64,000 nt of DNA from Candidatus Latescibacterota bacterium (GCA_965198115.1 OZ240241.1:5088001-5152000), one strand, 5' to 3'. Shown: positions 19,616 to 29,730, counted from the first letter of the stretch. Made by a program: numbers and translations. Notes: generated from the letters alone by a model not told the origin.

Positions 19616-21035
19616 GGCTCTATCCGGGTTTCTCAACGGTGAAACTATAGAATGACAAGGTCATAGATCGTTCCCTACGCTTGGTTGTGTGTGTAGGACA
19701 ATCAAAGCGAAGGGGGTGCGACCTATGACCGGGAGCAGATTACTATCGGAACTGCTGAGATTCAAGGGGTTCCGTGTTGTCAGCTGGTGGTTTGAGGGGA
19801 GAAGCTGCTTCGTCATCGCCGTAAAGCCCCATAAGAATGGTTGTTGTTGTCCGGAGTGCGGCCGTCGAGGTAAAATCGTCCGCACAATGCCCCATCCGCG
19901 TCGGTGGCGTGACATTCCGGTGTGCGGGTGGAGGGTCTGGCTTCTCTACCATCCTCGGGAGATTCGGTGTCCTACCCACGGTCGTGTGGTCGAGGAGATT
20001 CCGTGGGCGGAGCGGTTCTCTCGGGTGACGTATCGCTTCGAGTATGCCATGCTGCGCTACTGCCAGACCATGACGCAGAAGGCGGCGTCCGAGTTACTGC
20101 GCATCTCTGCCTCGACGCTGTCGGATCTCCTTCACCGATCCATCACGCGGCTTCGTGAAGGTCATCGTATCCGAGGGCTCAAAACCATCGGGATCGACGA
20201 GATCTCCTACGCCAAGCGTCACAGGTACGCCACGCTCGTTTACGATCTGGACCGCTCCTGCGTGGTGTGGGTTGGCCGCGGCAGGGCGCGTAAAACGATC
20301 GATCGGTTCTTCACAGAGGCTCTCAGTCCCTACCGGAGATCCAAGATCGAGTGGGCCTGCTGCGACATGAGCGAAGCTTACATCGGAGCCATCCAGGAAC
20401 ACTGTCCGAATGCCAAGCTGGTCCTCGATCGCTTTCACATCGTCAAGGCTCTCAATGCCGCCGTTGACGAGGTCCGTAAGGACCAGTGGCGTAAAGCTGC
20501 CCCGGATGAGCGCAAAGCCATGAAGGGCCTCCGATGGCTCCTCTACCGGCACTCAGCGACACGCTCCAGAGGGGATACTCGGACACTCAAAGCACTGGAG
20601 AAGGCGAACTACCGAATCTATAGAGCCTGGAGACTCAAGGACGAGTTCGAGCAGTTCTGGGAATACAAAGCGCCCTGGGCTGCCGAACGCTTCCTGAAAT
20701 GCTGGACGACGTCCGCACTCAGAAGTCGACTTGAACCCCTGCGAAAGTTCGTCAGGACCCTGCGACAGCACTTCTTCGGCGTCCTCGCATTCGTGAACAC
20801 GCGTCTTACCAACGCCATCGCCGAAGGCCTCAACCGAATCGTCCAAATCGTCAAGAACCGAGCCAGCGGATTCCGCACACTCGACGCATTCAACGATATG
20901 ATCTTCCTTACCGTCGGAGACATAAACATCCCTGAGCAGATTCCGAAGAGGTTCCGCACACGCTAACCGCGCCCCCATGCCAGGAACCACGGCACCTTCA
21001 CCCACTTCATCTCGTTGAGAGATCCGGATATAGCC
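19616..21035 (+). mobile_element. ISL3-family element, copy B (intact transposase 19689-20966)
   Basis: CPEC zinc ribbon, IGIDE, CCDMS, DRFHIV, TNAIAEGLN; IRs GGCTCTATCCGG / CCGGATATAGCC; 1420 bp. Confidence 0.96.
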
Positions 21036-21038
21036 TTT

Positions 21039-21066
21039 AAAAAGGCTCCCTCGCTGGAGCCTTTTT
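21039..21066. terminator. Bidirectional terminator-like hairpin
   Basis: AAAAAGGCTCC-CTCGCT-GGAGCCTTTTT. Confidence 0.75.
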
Positions 21067-21190
21067 GTGTTCTAAGACAATTATCCAAAAAGTATCCATC
21101 GAAACTTGATTTTGAGGGCCGGAGAAGTAGCTCCTTCGTCCGGCGCCGTTCCGCTGGCCGGCCCTCATTCACTCCTCGGACGGGGGAAAC

Positions 21191-21305
21191 ATGTCAGTCT
21201 TCGATGATCTCGGTTTGGACCGCGCCACGATCGAAGCTGGAATCGCGAGATTCAAGAAACTTAAGGAGGCCCGCAAAGAGCTTGAACCGATCCAAATAAA
21301 GCGCG
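21191..21305 (+). pseudogene. N-terminal fragment of an unknown gene, cut by a duplicated segment
   Basis: GGGGGA RBS + MSVFDDLGLDRATIEAGIARFKKLKEARKELEPIQIK, then runs into the 79-bp duplication. Confidence 0.4.
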
Positions 21306-21681
21306 TCGGCGTCGTCGCGGCCGAGCTCCTCGGCTTCGACCAGCGTGCTGATTCCCATGCTGTCCACCCACCGAAACCCCGGACGGGGGTGTTGACACCG
21401 TTCTCAGGGGAATGAGAGAAGTTCGCGGGACTCCTGTGGGCAGTGAAGTCGATGAGTCGCACAAATCGCTGGAACGGCGTGAATCTGTGGCAATACGAAA
21501 TTGATGGCAATCTTCAACCTAGCGCCCCCGCCACGCTCTTCGCCCGCTCAGCGGATTCCCCAGTTCCCCGCAGACGGCTCGCCCGACCACAGTCGTATCG
21601 CTTCGGCGTCGTCGCGGCCGAGCTCCTCGGCTTCGACCAGCGTGCTGATTCCCATGCTGTCCACCCACCGAAACCCCGGAC
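21306..21681. repeat. 79-bp exact direct repeat (21306-21384 and 21603-21681)
   Basis: TCGGCGTCGTCGCGGCCGAG...GAAACCCCGGAC identical in both; the second copy lies in the 3' end of the PhyH gene. Confidence 0.92.
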
Positions 21682-22747
21682 CGGACACTGCCTCCACACT
21701 CGCCCCCTCGTCATCCGAATACGCAAACACCCTCCACACACCGTTCGCGTCGAAGTAGTCTGCCACGAACGTCATCCACGGAATCTCCGCCCCCAGCGAA
21801 TCCAGCAACGCAACCTCCAGCTGTCCGATCAGCTTGGCCGTCACCGATTGCCCCGCTGGATTGTCGATCGACGCCGGCGCGCCCGGCAGCTGCCAGCCGC
21901 CGCGGTCACCGGCTGTCAGCAGGACCTTCCCGTCGTGCTCGACGATCAACCGTGCCTCGGCAAACGGCAGATCGCTGTGATGCGGCACCAGCCGCTTTCC
22001 CTCCTCGCTCAGCGTGTCGTAGGACCGCTCGCTGAACAGCTGCGGCCCGCAGCCCGGCGGCGCGTCGAGCGCCCGGTACTTGTTGTAGATCCCGAAGCGG
22101 TCGTGATTGGAGCCATTCGGCCGGCCCTCGTGCCACGTGAACATGCTCATGAACAGCAGGTCTCCGCGGCGCAGCTCGGCATCTACCAGCGGTGCGATGT
22201 CGGAAGCGCTCGCCCTCTCGACGCGGCTGACCCGCTCGTTGACCGGAACGACCCGGGACTCCTTGTGCGAGCCGGGCGACAGGAGCAAGGGCCCCGTCTC
22301 TTCGTCGAGATCGACCAGCGGGATGATGGCAAACAGCCAGTTGAGCGATGAGCCCGCCTGCTGATATGTCTTGTAGTCGCAGTGCCCCGTCGGATGACTG
22401 CCCTGGTAATCGCCCCCGGTGCCGGCGGCGCCCGGCGTCTTCAGGTACGAAATGAACGCCGACAGACAGGCCGGTCCTCCGAGCAGCTCTTCGACCGGAC
22501 CGAGCACCGCCGGGTGCTCGGCGATGAACAGCAGGTCGGGGTCGTCCTGGTACTGGCCCTCGACGGTGTACTGCGTGGCCGGCGTCGGGTACGGCTTGTC
22601 GCCGTTGAGGCAGTTTCCGCTCTTCACCGCTCGTAGGACGCCCCGTGCGACTCGCTCGAGCTCCGCCTCGGCGAACGTGTCGCGCAGGATCAGAAACCCG
22701 TCATCTGCCCAGGACTGCTTCTGGTCAGCAGTCAGTGATGTGCTCAT
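21548..22747 (-). CDS. PhyH-family Fe(II)/2OG dioxygenase with C-terminal NUDIX-like domain
   Basis: DGFLILR, HCD, LVDLDEETGPL...PGSH, GDLLF...WH...N..R; C-terminal LIVEHDGKVLL...GWQLPG. Confidence 0.85.
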   Translation of the reverse strand: MSTSLTADQKQSWADDGFLILRDTFAEAELERVARGVLRAVKSGNCLNGDKPYPTPATQYTVEGQYQDDPDLLFIAEHPAVLGPVEELLGGPACLSAFISYLKTPGAAGTGGDYQGSHPTGHCDYKTYQQAGSSLNWLFAIIPLVDLDEETGPLLLSPGSHKESRVVPVNERVSRVERASASDIAPLVDAELRRGDLLFMSMFTWHEGRPNGSNHDRFGIYNKYRALDAPPGCGPQLFSERSYDTLSEEGKRLVPHHSDLPFAEARLIVEHDGKVLLTAGDRGGWQLPGAPASIDNPAGQSVTAKLIGQLEVALLDSLGAEIPWMTFVADYFDANGVWRVFAYSDDEGASVEAVSGPGFRWVDSMGISTLVEAEELGRDDAEAIRLWSGEPSAGNWGIR

Positions 22748-22769
22748 CAGTTGACCTCATAAGTGTCGC

Positions 22770-22950
22770 ATCTGCGAGAGAAAGCTTCGGCGCTCGCTGC
22801 GAGCCGTCAAGCGGGACCACGCACCTCGTGCTCTCACCGCTGGAACTGATCGAGAAGCTCGCCGCTCTTGTTCCTCCGCCTCGTCTGAACCTTGTTCGTT
22901 ATCATGGTGTGTTGGCGCCCAATGCCGCAAGTCGGGATCGCATCGTGCCA
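22770..22950 (+). pseudogene. IS91-family (Y2 rolling-circle) transposase C-terminal remnant
   Basis: GTTHLVLSPLELIEKLAALVPPPRLNLVRYHGVLAPNA motif. Confidence 0.8.
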
Positions 22951-23080
22951 GGGCCACAAGAAGTGCTTGAGGAGGGCTGCACTCACGCCGAGCAGCCTCC
23001 TCATCGAGGAGATGGCGCTGGGTTTCGGCTTCGAGGAGTTTGTCGCCAGCTGGGTCGTAGCGCCCGCGGAATCGCCTCCC

Positions 23081-23860
23081 TTATCCCAGCTTCTTTTCCC
23101 ATTCCAACAACCCGCTCACCATTTTCACAACGCGCGGCCTCTCGCTGTGGCGGTAGTTATGGTGCAGTTGCGAAGCATCCTGCCCGTGCGGTATCAGCGC
23201 CTCGTAGTGCGTTTCGGTCTCGGGCTTGGCAGCGAACTTCAAGGCGATGTAACGGCGTACGCTCTGCTTCCCGTACACCGCGTGGAACAGGTAGTGGTTG
23301 AACACCACGATGTCGCCCGGGTCTACCTCCAGGGGACAGCTGCACAGCTCGGAGCCCTCGACGCCGAATGCGGAAGGGCTGCTCCCGTGTTCCTGTGACT
23401 GAAGCGCTAACAGTTGCCGATGAAAGGGCGCGTGATGCGAGCCGGGAATGACGCGCAGAGCGCCGGCGTCTTTGCGCATGGACTGCAGATAAATCATGAT
23501 CTTGATGCGCGTGTACTGCAGGTCGATCTGCCCGGCTCGGTCGCAGTGCCACTGGTGGTCGTTGGTCTCGTTGAAGCTGCCCGATACCCCTTCCGAATTG
23601 CCCCAGACAAATCCTTCCCCGAGCAGCTGCTCGATCGGCCTGTAGATACGGTCGTCTTCGGGCAAACGAGCCAACCCGGGGCCCATCTCGACGAAGGGTG
23701 ACACGGCTTGATGACTGGGACCGCTCCTACTGCCCGGATTCGCCTCGAGCAACTCTTCGGCCTCGCTCGTCATCGCGACCATCTCCGCAGGCGTAAACAG
23801 GTCTTTCAGGCACAAGAAGCCGAAGGTTTCGAAGTGGCTGATCTGTTGCGCGCTCAACAT
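23081..23860 (-). CDS. PhyH-family dioxygenase
   Basis: FETFGFL, WHCD, GALRVIPGSH, PGDIVVF...LFHA. Confidence 0.9.
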   Translation of the reverse strand: MLSAQQISHFETFGFLCLKDLFTPAEMVAMTSEAEELLEANPGSRSGPSHQAVSPFVEMGPGLARLPEDDRIYRPIEQLLGEGFVWGNSEGVSGSFNETNDHQWHCDRAGQIDLQYTRIKIMIYLQSMRKDAGALRVIPGSHHAPFHRQLLALQSQEHGSSPSAFGVEGSELCSCPLEVDPGDIVVFNHYLFHAVYGKQSVRRYIALKFAAKPETETHYEALIPHGQDASQLHHNYRHSERPRVVKMVSGLLEWEKKLG

Positions 23861-24267
23861 TGATTGGACCTTTGCTGGGTGCTCGTTCCCTGGTTTCATT
23901 TCGCCGGACACACCACAAACATAACCGCAACGGGATTGCGAGCGTCAAGAAAGAGACTTTGGTTCGCGGGGACCACCGGACGACGCGCCCTCGTAGACGA
24001 CGCGGAACGGGGGCCTGTGTCGGGTAGTGAGTGTGGGCGCGTCACGAACAGCAATATACTGCGTGTATCTTGATCTCGGTGAGATCGAAGAACGATTTTA
24101 CAAGCACTTACAGCATCCTCCGGAAGCACTTTGGGAGAGTAGTATCTTGAACTGATTCATAACCCCGCCATCCTGTTCCTCCTATGGTCAGGCTTTTTGC
24201 AGTTCCCGTAATCCCCTCCATCAGCCACGCTTGCCCGCCGTTCCTCGCCGTCGCATCTTGGGTTGCG

Positions 24268-26616
24268 ATGCGCACCTATGCCACCATCCTCTGCCTGCTG
24301 CTGACCTCAGGCCCGTCCTGGGCCGCCGAGCCGACGCTCGCACGGCTGTCTTTTTGGGTGCCGCCCGAACGGATGGACGAGTTCGCGACGGCCTACCAAC
24401 AGAAGCTGCTGCCCATCCTGAAGGGGCACGGGCTGGTGGAATCTGCCCAACCTGCTCGGGCTACGGTGGACAGCGTGTTCAGCCGGTTGTTCGAGTTCGA
24501 CTCGCCCACCGAGGTTCTCCCGATGCGGAATGTACTCGCTCAGGATGCGACGTTGATTGTTGCACTGGACAATCTCGGCGCAACATCGGTGGGGCCGTTA
24601 TCGCCAACTCGATTCGCGTTCGAGCACTATGCGACACCTGCGGGGTCGGGTACGGCTACGACGGCTGGCCCTGGTACGATGGTAACCGCAGGGCCAGGAC
24701 GCGGACATTGGCGCACATACGATGTGACGGATGGACTTGCAGGTCTGGATCTGCGGGGGCTCTTACAAGACCGGAAAGGCAATCTGTGGTTTGGGACAAG
24801 CGGCAGTGGGTTGAGCCGATATGATGGGCAAAGGTTCGAGTCGCTTACCACCCGCGACGGACTGGTAAACAATAGCGTTCGAGCATTCTTGCAGGACCGG
24901 GACGGAAACATCTGGGTTTGCACCCCAGGCGGTGTGAGCCGTTGTGATGGGGAAGCATTTGTAAACTTCACTGCCAAGGATGGCCTGGCGTCGGATATTG
25001 TCAATTCAGCCTTCCAGGACCGGGACGGGAACCTCTGGTTTGGGACAAGTGACGGGGTGAGCAGGTATGACGGTCAGTCGTGGGAGACGTTTACCACTGA
25101 AGACGGACTTTCGGACAATGACGTGTTCTCAGTATTTCAGGATCGGAACGGCGACCTCTTGTTTGGCACGCGAGGGGGTGTGAACAGGTTGGATGGGAAG
25201 ACCTTTCGTTCTTTCGCTCCTCACACCCTGTTGGCTGATAGTCGCGTCAACGTCATCATACAGGATCGAGATGGGAACCTCTGGTTCGGTACTGAGGCAA
25301 ATGGGGTGGTACGATATGATGGGCGAACATTCAGGGCTTTTAGCACAGACGATGGGCTGGGGAGCAAAACTGTGCTCTCGATTTATCAGGATCGAGAAGG
25401 CGGGCTCTGGGTCGGCACCTATCGTGGAGGTGTGAGCCTATTAGATGGGCAGCGTTTCGTAACCTTTTCCACCCTGAATGGATTGGCGGACAATCGAGTC
25501 TACGACATCCTGCAAGACCAGGAGGGACCTCTCTGGTTCAGCACCGGCAGTGGTGTAAGCCGGTATGATGGACAGTCGTTTACGCACATTCACCACAGAA
25601 GATGGATTGCCGTCTAACGGACTGAACGTTATTCAAGACTGGGATGGGAATCTTTGGTTTGGAACCTGGGGCGAAGGTGTGACTCGATATGATGGGAAGA
25701 TCTTTACTTCGTTCGGGGCAGCAGACGGACTGCCTGGTAGTGGTCAGGTGGGCGGGCTTTTGCAGGATCGGGATGGCAACCTTTGGTTCAGTAGCCAGGG
25801 GAGCGGTGTGACCCGATATGATGGAAAAACCTTCGTCAATTTCACGACGGCAGACGGTTTGGCCGGAGACTGGGTGATTGGGTCCCTCCAGGATCGGGGT
25901 GGCAATCTCTGGTTTGCAACCACGGGAGACGGGGTATTCCGATATGATGGGAAGACCTTTGTGGCGTTTACGACAGCTGATGGTCTGGCTGCCGATTATT
26001 TCTGGGGTACTCACGTGATACTTCAGGATCGGGGTGGCGACCTCTGGTTTGGAACCGGTGCAGGTGTGAGTCGGTATGACGGGAAAACATTTACCACCCT
26101 AACAACAGCCGATGGTTTGACGGGCAATCACGTGAGTTCGATCCTGGAGGATCTGGGTGGCAATCTCTGGTTTTCTACCAGGAGAGCTGGTGTAAGTCGG
26201 TATGACGGAAACGCATTTACCTCGTTCACTACAGAGGATGGGTTGGCCCACGATGATGTTTTGACCAGTTTACTGGATCGGCAGGGACACATCTGGTTTG
26301 GCACCGACGGCGGCGTTGTAAGCCGCTTCGATGGCCAGGTGTTTCAGACGCTCACTCACCACGATGGCCTCCACGGTCAATCAGTGTTCACCATCTTTCA
26401 GGACCGGAAGGGATACTTCTGGTTCCCCAGCCTCGGTGGTGGGACGGTGCGCTATCACTCGCCCGTCCCCTCACCTCCAAAGGTCCTTATCCACTCAGTG
26501 ATTGCCGACCAGCACTATGAAGGCGTTTCGAGTGTCGCCATTTCTTCAGATGTGCACCTGACGGCCTTCGAGTTTCACGGAATGAGCCTCAAGACCCGCC
26601 CCGGCGCGTTGGTCTA
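24268..26616 (+). pseudogene. Periplasmic two-component-regulator propeller sensor; frameshifted (~25585) and truncated by a MITE
   Basis: Signal peptide; many QDRDGNLWFGT..GVSRYDG..F..FT..DGL repeats; ends at the start of a Y_Y_Y-like segment (FHGMSLKTRPGALVY); no TM or output domain. Confidence 0.85.
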
Positions 26617-26733
26617 CCTGACTAGGTTCTATCACGGTAGTTCCTTCCAAGTGTTGTTTTGATGTGTCAGCCCTAATGTAGGGAAAAACAAACACTTGTA
26701 CAAGGGGACTACCTTTTTTATGCATAATTCAGG
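26617..26733. mobile_element. 117-bp MITE-like element with long imperfect terminal inverted repeats, flanked by TA
   Basis: CCTGACTAGG..GGTAGTTCCTTCCAAGTGTTGTTTT versus reverse complement of the right end CCTGAATTATG..GGTAGTCCCCTTGTACAAGTGTTTGTTTT; AT-rich. Confidence 0.7.
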
Positions 26734-27356
26734 TATGTACTTTCTGCCGACGAAAAGACCAGTATTCAAGCACGAGCTCGCAAGCACGTTACCCTACCGC
26801 CAGCCTCGAACAGAGCGGCACGCGTTGAAACACGAATACGAGCGGAAAGGAGCCCTGGCCTATCTGGCTGCTCTCGACGTGCACAATGGTCGAATCTTCG
26901 GTCTCTGTGAGTCTTCTTCGGGTATCGAGCCCTTCAACCGGCTCCTGAGCCTGATCATGAGCCGGAAACCCTATTGCTCGGCAAAGAAAGTCTACCTCAT
27001 CGTGGATAATGGCTCCTCGCACCGAGGGCAAACATGCATCGACCGTATCCAGGGGAAGTGGCCAAACATCCACCCCGTTCACCTTCCGATCCACGCAAGC
27101 TGGCTCAATCAGATCGAGATCTACTTCTCGATCCTCAAACGCAAGGCTCTGACACCTATCGAATTTGCATCGCTCGAAGAGCTTGAGGCAAGAATCCTCG
27201 GTTTTCAGGAACGCTACGGACGTATCGCCACACCCTTCAAATGGAAGTTCACACGAACAGATCTCGCGGAGATGATCGACAAACTCAGGTTCTACGATAC
27301 GCCCTTGGCAAAGTCTGCTTAGAATACGTCACCGTATTTGAGAACAGGAGTACTTA
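26734..27356 (+). mobile_element. IS630-family element, 5'-truncated second copy
   Basis: Near-identical to 15496-16116, including the right IR. Confidence 0.93.
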
Positions 27357-27368
27357 GGGAGGTAAGTA

Positions 27369-27830
27369 GTGAAACGTTTAGCCTACACATTCACGCTACT
27401 GGTTGTCGGTATCTTCCTGCCTGTCACAGCCAAAGCCGATGACGCGGATGACGTCAAATCTGCGGTAGAAGCCTTTTATGACGCACTCAACAGCGGCGAT
27501 GCTGCAGGCGTCAGCAAGTTCACATCGCCGGGCAGTACCTTTCCCAGACACGGAAGGCTTCTGAGGTCACAGGGCAACACGACTCAGGAAAGCAGAAAAG
27601 CTCGACTGCAGGCTTCATTTGACGCCGGGCTCAATTACGACCTCAGAATCCATCACCTGGATGTAAAGGTCCACGGTGAAACGTCCGTTGCCACGTACTA
27701 CACGACTGGGCCGACTACATATTCAAACGGGACATTGCTCCAGGGCACTTTCCGTGCCTCGCTGATTTGGTTGAAGCAGGGAAGTCAGTGGCGTATAGTT
27801 CATATTCACATTTCTCGCCTGGAGACCTGA
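27369..27830 (+). CDS. Secreted NTF2/SnoaL-like (DUF4440) protein
   Basis: Signal peptide; AFYDALNSGD...DVKVHGETSVA...W.KQGSQWRIVHIHIS; GGAGG RBS. Confidence 0.85.
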   Translation: MKRLAYTFTLLVVGIFLPVTAKADDADDVKSAVEAFYDALNSGDAAGVSKFTSPGSTFPRHGRLLRSQGNTTQESRKARLQASFDAGLNYDLRIHHLDVKVHGETSVATYYTTGPTTYSNGTLLQGTFRASLIWLKQGSQWRIVHIHISRLET

Positions 27831-27977
27831 ACCAAGAGCAAGTCTGCCACTAATCGCAGGTACGAATGCGACAGCTTTTAACGGGTTGATTCTGTTTATA
27901 CTCTCTATAGTCGTGGCTGCTGATGATGGCGAATCGAAACAGAGGTCAAACCTTCGGCGCACGAAAGGGGTCAAGAA

Positions 27978-28097
27978 ATGGGTGACAAAGGCAAGAAGGA
28001 TAAGGAAAGGAAGCTGAAACAGCAGGCGAAGAAGAAAAATCAGCAAGCGAAGATGAAGCACGATAAGAACCACAAAGCTCGGACACAAGTTGTGTGA
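27978..28097 (+). CDS. Small lysine-rich basic protein (39 aa)
   Basis: MGDKGKKDKERKLKQQAKKKNQQAKMKHDKNHKARTQVV; AAAGGGG RBS. Confidence 0.55.
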   Translation: MGDKGKKDKERKLKQQAKKKNQQAKMKHDKNHKARTQVV

Positions 28098-28204
28098 AGA
28101 CTCAGCACCTTGGCTGCTATCTCGACCGGTCTGCTTAGCAAGGGTCTTGTAGACACGAAAGGGATGCTGCTACTGAAGTAGTACCATCTCTCTCCTGAGC
28201 CAAT

Positions 28205-28241
28205 TAAGGCCCCCGCCAGCGTATGCCGGCGGGGGCCTTAA
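28205..28241. terminator. Hairpin terminator between convergent genes
   Basis: TTAAGGCCCCCGCC...GGCGGGGGCCTTAA. Confidence 0.8.
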
Positions 28242-28264
28242 TCTATAGAGGTATAGAAAAGTGC

Positions 28265-29257
28265 TTAGAGGCTGCCGCCGCCGGTGCCTCCTGAGCCGCC
28301 ACCTGGTTCTGTCACCGTGAACTCGTAGTTTGTTACGTCAACGTGCCCTTCAATGAGCCCTTCGCCCGGAGTAATTAGAGCGAAGCTCAAGAGGGCTATA
28401 TCCCCACCAACTACTCCAAAGTAGGTATGCTCTCCAACGCCTTCCATGGACAGCGTAACATCACTGCCAGACTTCTCTATAACGAAAGTGCCTGATTCGA
28501 CAAATAGGTCCACGTCGAGGCCGCCAGGGCGTGTGGGTTCAAACCAAGTCCCTAGGACGCCGGGACCAGACGTGCAGCATTTTACCATCTCGATGGCGGC
28601 CTTCTCCGGGACGCTGGACTCGTCTGTCCAAGCTAAATCGAACTGCAACTCCGCGCCCTCTGGCATGGTATTGAAATTCTCGAATGTGACCCTTGCAGTG
28701 AAGTCTTGGGTGTTCAAGTCTATCGACTCAGCAGCTATCAGGTCCATTCTCGATTCGAGATATGGGTGAGCCGCCGGCGGGTCTGGGTGCGACCCGACGT
28801 CCTTATTTTGGTCGATGCTGATGCTACCGGGCCCAAATGTGAAACTTTCGGCCGGGTCGAAGACAATGGGAGGGGGAGAGTCTTCCTCGTAGTCTGGGTT
28901 GAATTGATATAATAGGTTGAAGCTATCGGGGATAAGTATGCCGGCTGGCTCGCAGTTTTCGTCCAACACCTCCCCACCCGGTAGTTCATCCCCGTGCTTC
29001 TGGTGACCATTGAGCCACCCATTCATTGACACATTTATTTTCTGATATACGGGATTCCCATCGCCATCCAGCTCGTCGGTCTTGTGGCAGACGTCGATTT
29101 TGCCGGCCGGCTTTGTTGCCAGGGCAGATTCAATCGAAGCCACCCCCGGGGACGCTGAACCACTCCCGGTGACGAGCCCGTTGTCTGTGATTCGGTCGCC
29201 TCCACAGCCAAAGGCCGAAAGCGCGATAACTGCGATTACTGCGCAAGCATATTTCAT
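28265..29257 (-). CDS. Lipoprotein with a His/Cys micro-domain
   Basis: Lipobox-like AFGC; KIDVCHKT...INVS.NGWLNGHQKHGD...C; beta-rich remainder; GGAG RBS. Confidence 0.8.
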   Translation of the reverse strand: MKYACAVIAVIALSAFGCGGDRITDNGLVTGSGSASPGVASIESALATKPAGKIDVCHKTDELDGDGNPVYQKINVSMNGWLNGHQKHGDELPGGEVLDENCEPAGILIPDSFNLLYQFNPDYEEDSPPPIVFDPAESFTFGPGSISIDQNKDVGSHPDPPAAHPYLESRMDLIAAESIDLNTQDFTARVTFENFNTMPEGAELQFDLAWTDESSVPEKAAIEMVKCCTSGPGVLGTWFEPTRPGGLDVDLFVESGTFVIEKSGSDVTLSMEGVGEHTYFGVVGGDIALLSFALITPGEGLIEGHVDVTNYEFTVTEPGGGSGGTGGGSL

Positions 29258-29491
29258 CTACAATCTCCCGGTGAGATGTCCACGCTGAACCCCGACCCTA
29301 TAGGGCACAATAGGGCCCGGCGATTTGCTCCTGTCAAGAGTTCCGTTTGACGAGGAGCCACTGCCAGCCCTATCATCGCGTGAAATCACACTCTCGTAGT
29401 CACAATATGGACACTCAGGCGGGAGACGTAGACGGGATAGACTCACAGAGACAGACGCAAACCAGGCCCAGTAAGGGATTTCTGGCCCTGT

Positions 29492-29564
29492 GCCGCCCTA
29501 GCTCAGCTGGTAGAGCAATGGATTTGTAATCCATAGGTCGGGGGTTCGAGTCCCCTGGGCGGCC
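29492..29564 (+). tRNA. tRNA-Thr(TGT), copy 2 (one C short of an encoded CCA)
   Basis: Identical to 18190-18262. Confidence 0.93.
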
Positions 29565-29612
29565 CATTACATTGAAGATTGATGATCGAGTATCGAGTAT
29601 GTGGGTGATTGC

Positions 29613-29652
29613 GGGCCCTCATTGTGGCGGACAATGAGGGCCCTTTCTGTTT
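29613..29652 (+). terminator. Rho-independent terminator downstream of tRNA copy 2
   Basis: GGGCCCTCATTGT-GGCGG-ACAATGAGGGCCC-TTTCTGTTT. Confidence 0.85.
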
Positions 29653-29730
29653 GATCGACGTCAACGAGTCTGACCAGCCGGCGTCGAAGATTCGGGTTTG
29701 GCACGGTCTGTCAAAGTCAGCTCTTCCATC

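Larger units (their letters stand above)
18266..29477. mobile_element. Genomic island bounded by direct repeats of the tRNA-Thr locus
   Basis: ~88-bp direct repeat 18176-18263 / 29478-29565; interior rich in IS elements and gene fragments; no integrase seen. Confidence 0.8.

Noticed and set aside
21306-21681. Possible DGR template/variable repeat pair
   Set aside because: The copies are identical with no adenine-specific changes, and no reverse transcriptase is present in the window
24700-26460. Regularly spaced similar DNA segments resembling an array
   Set aside because: They are the coding blades of the propeller repeat (QDRDGNLWFG), degenerate at third codon positions; not CRISPR
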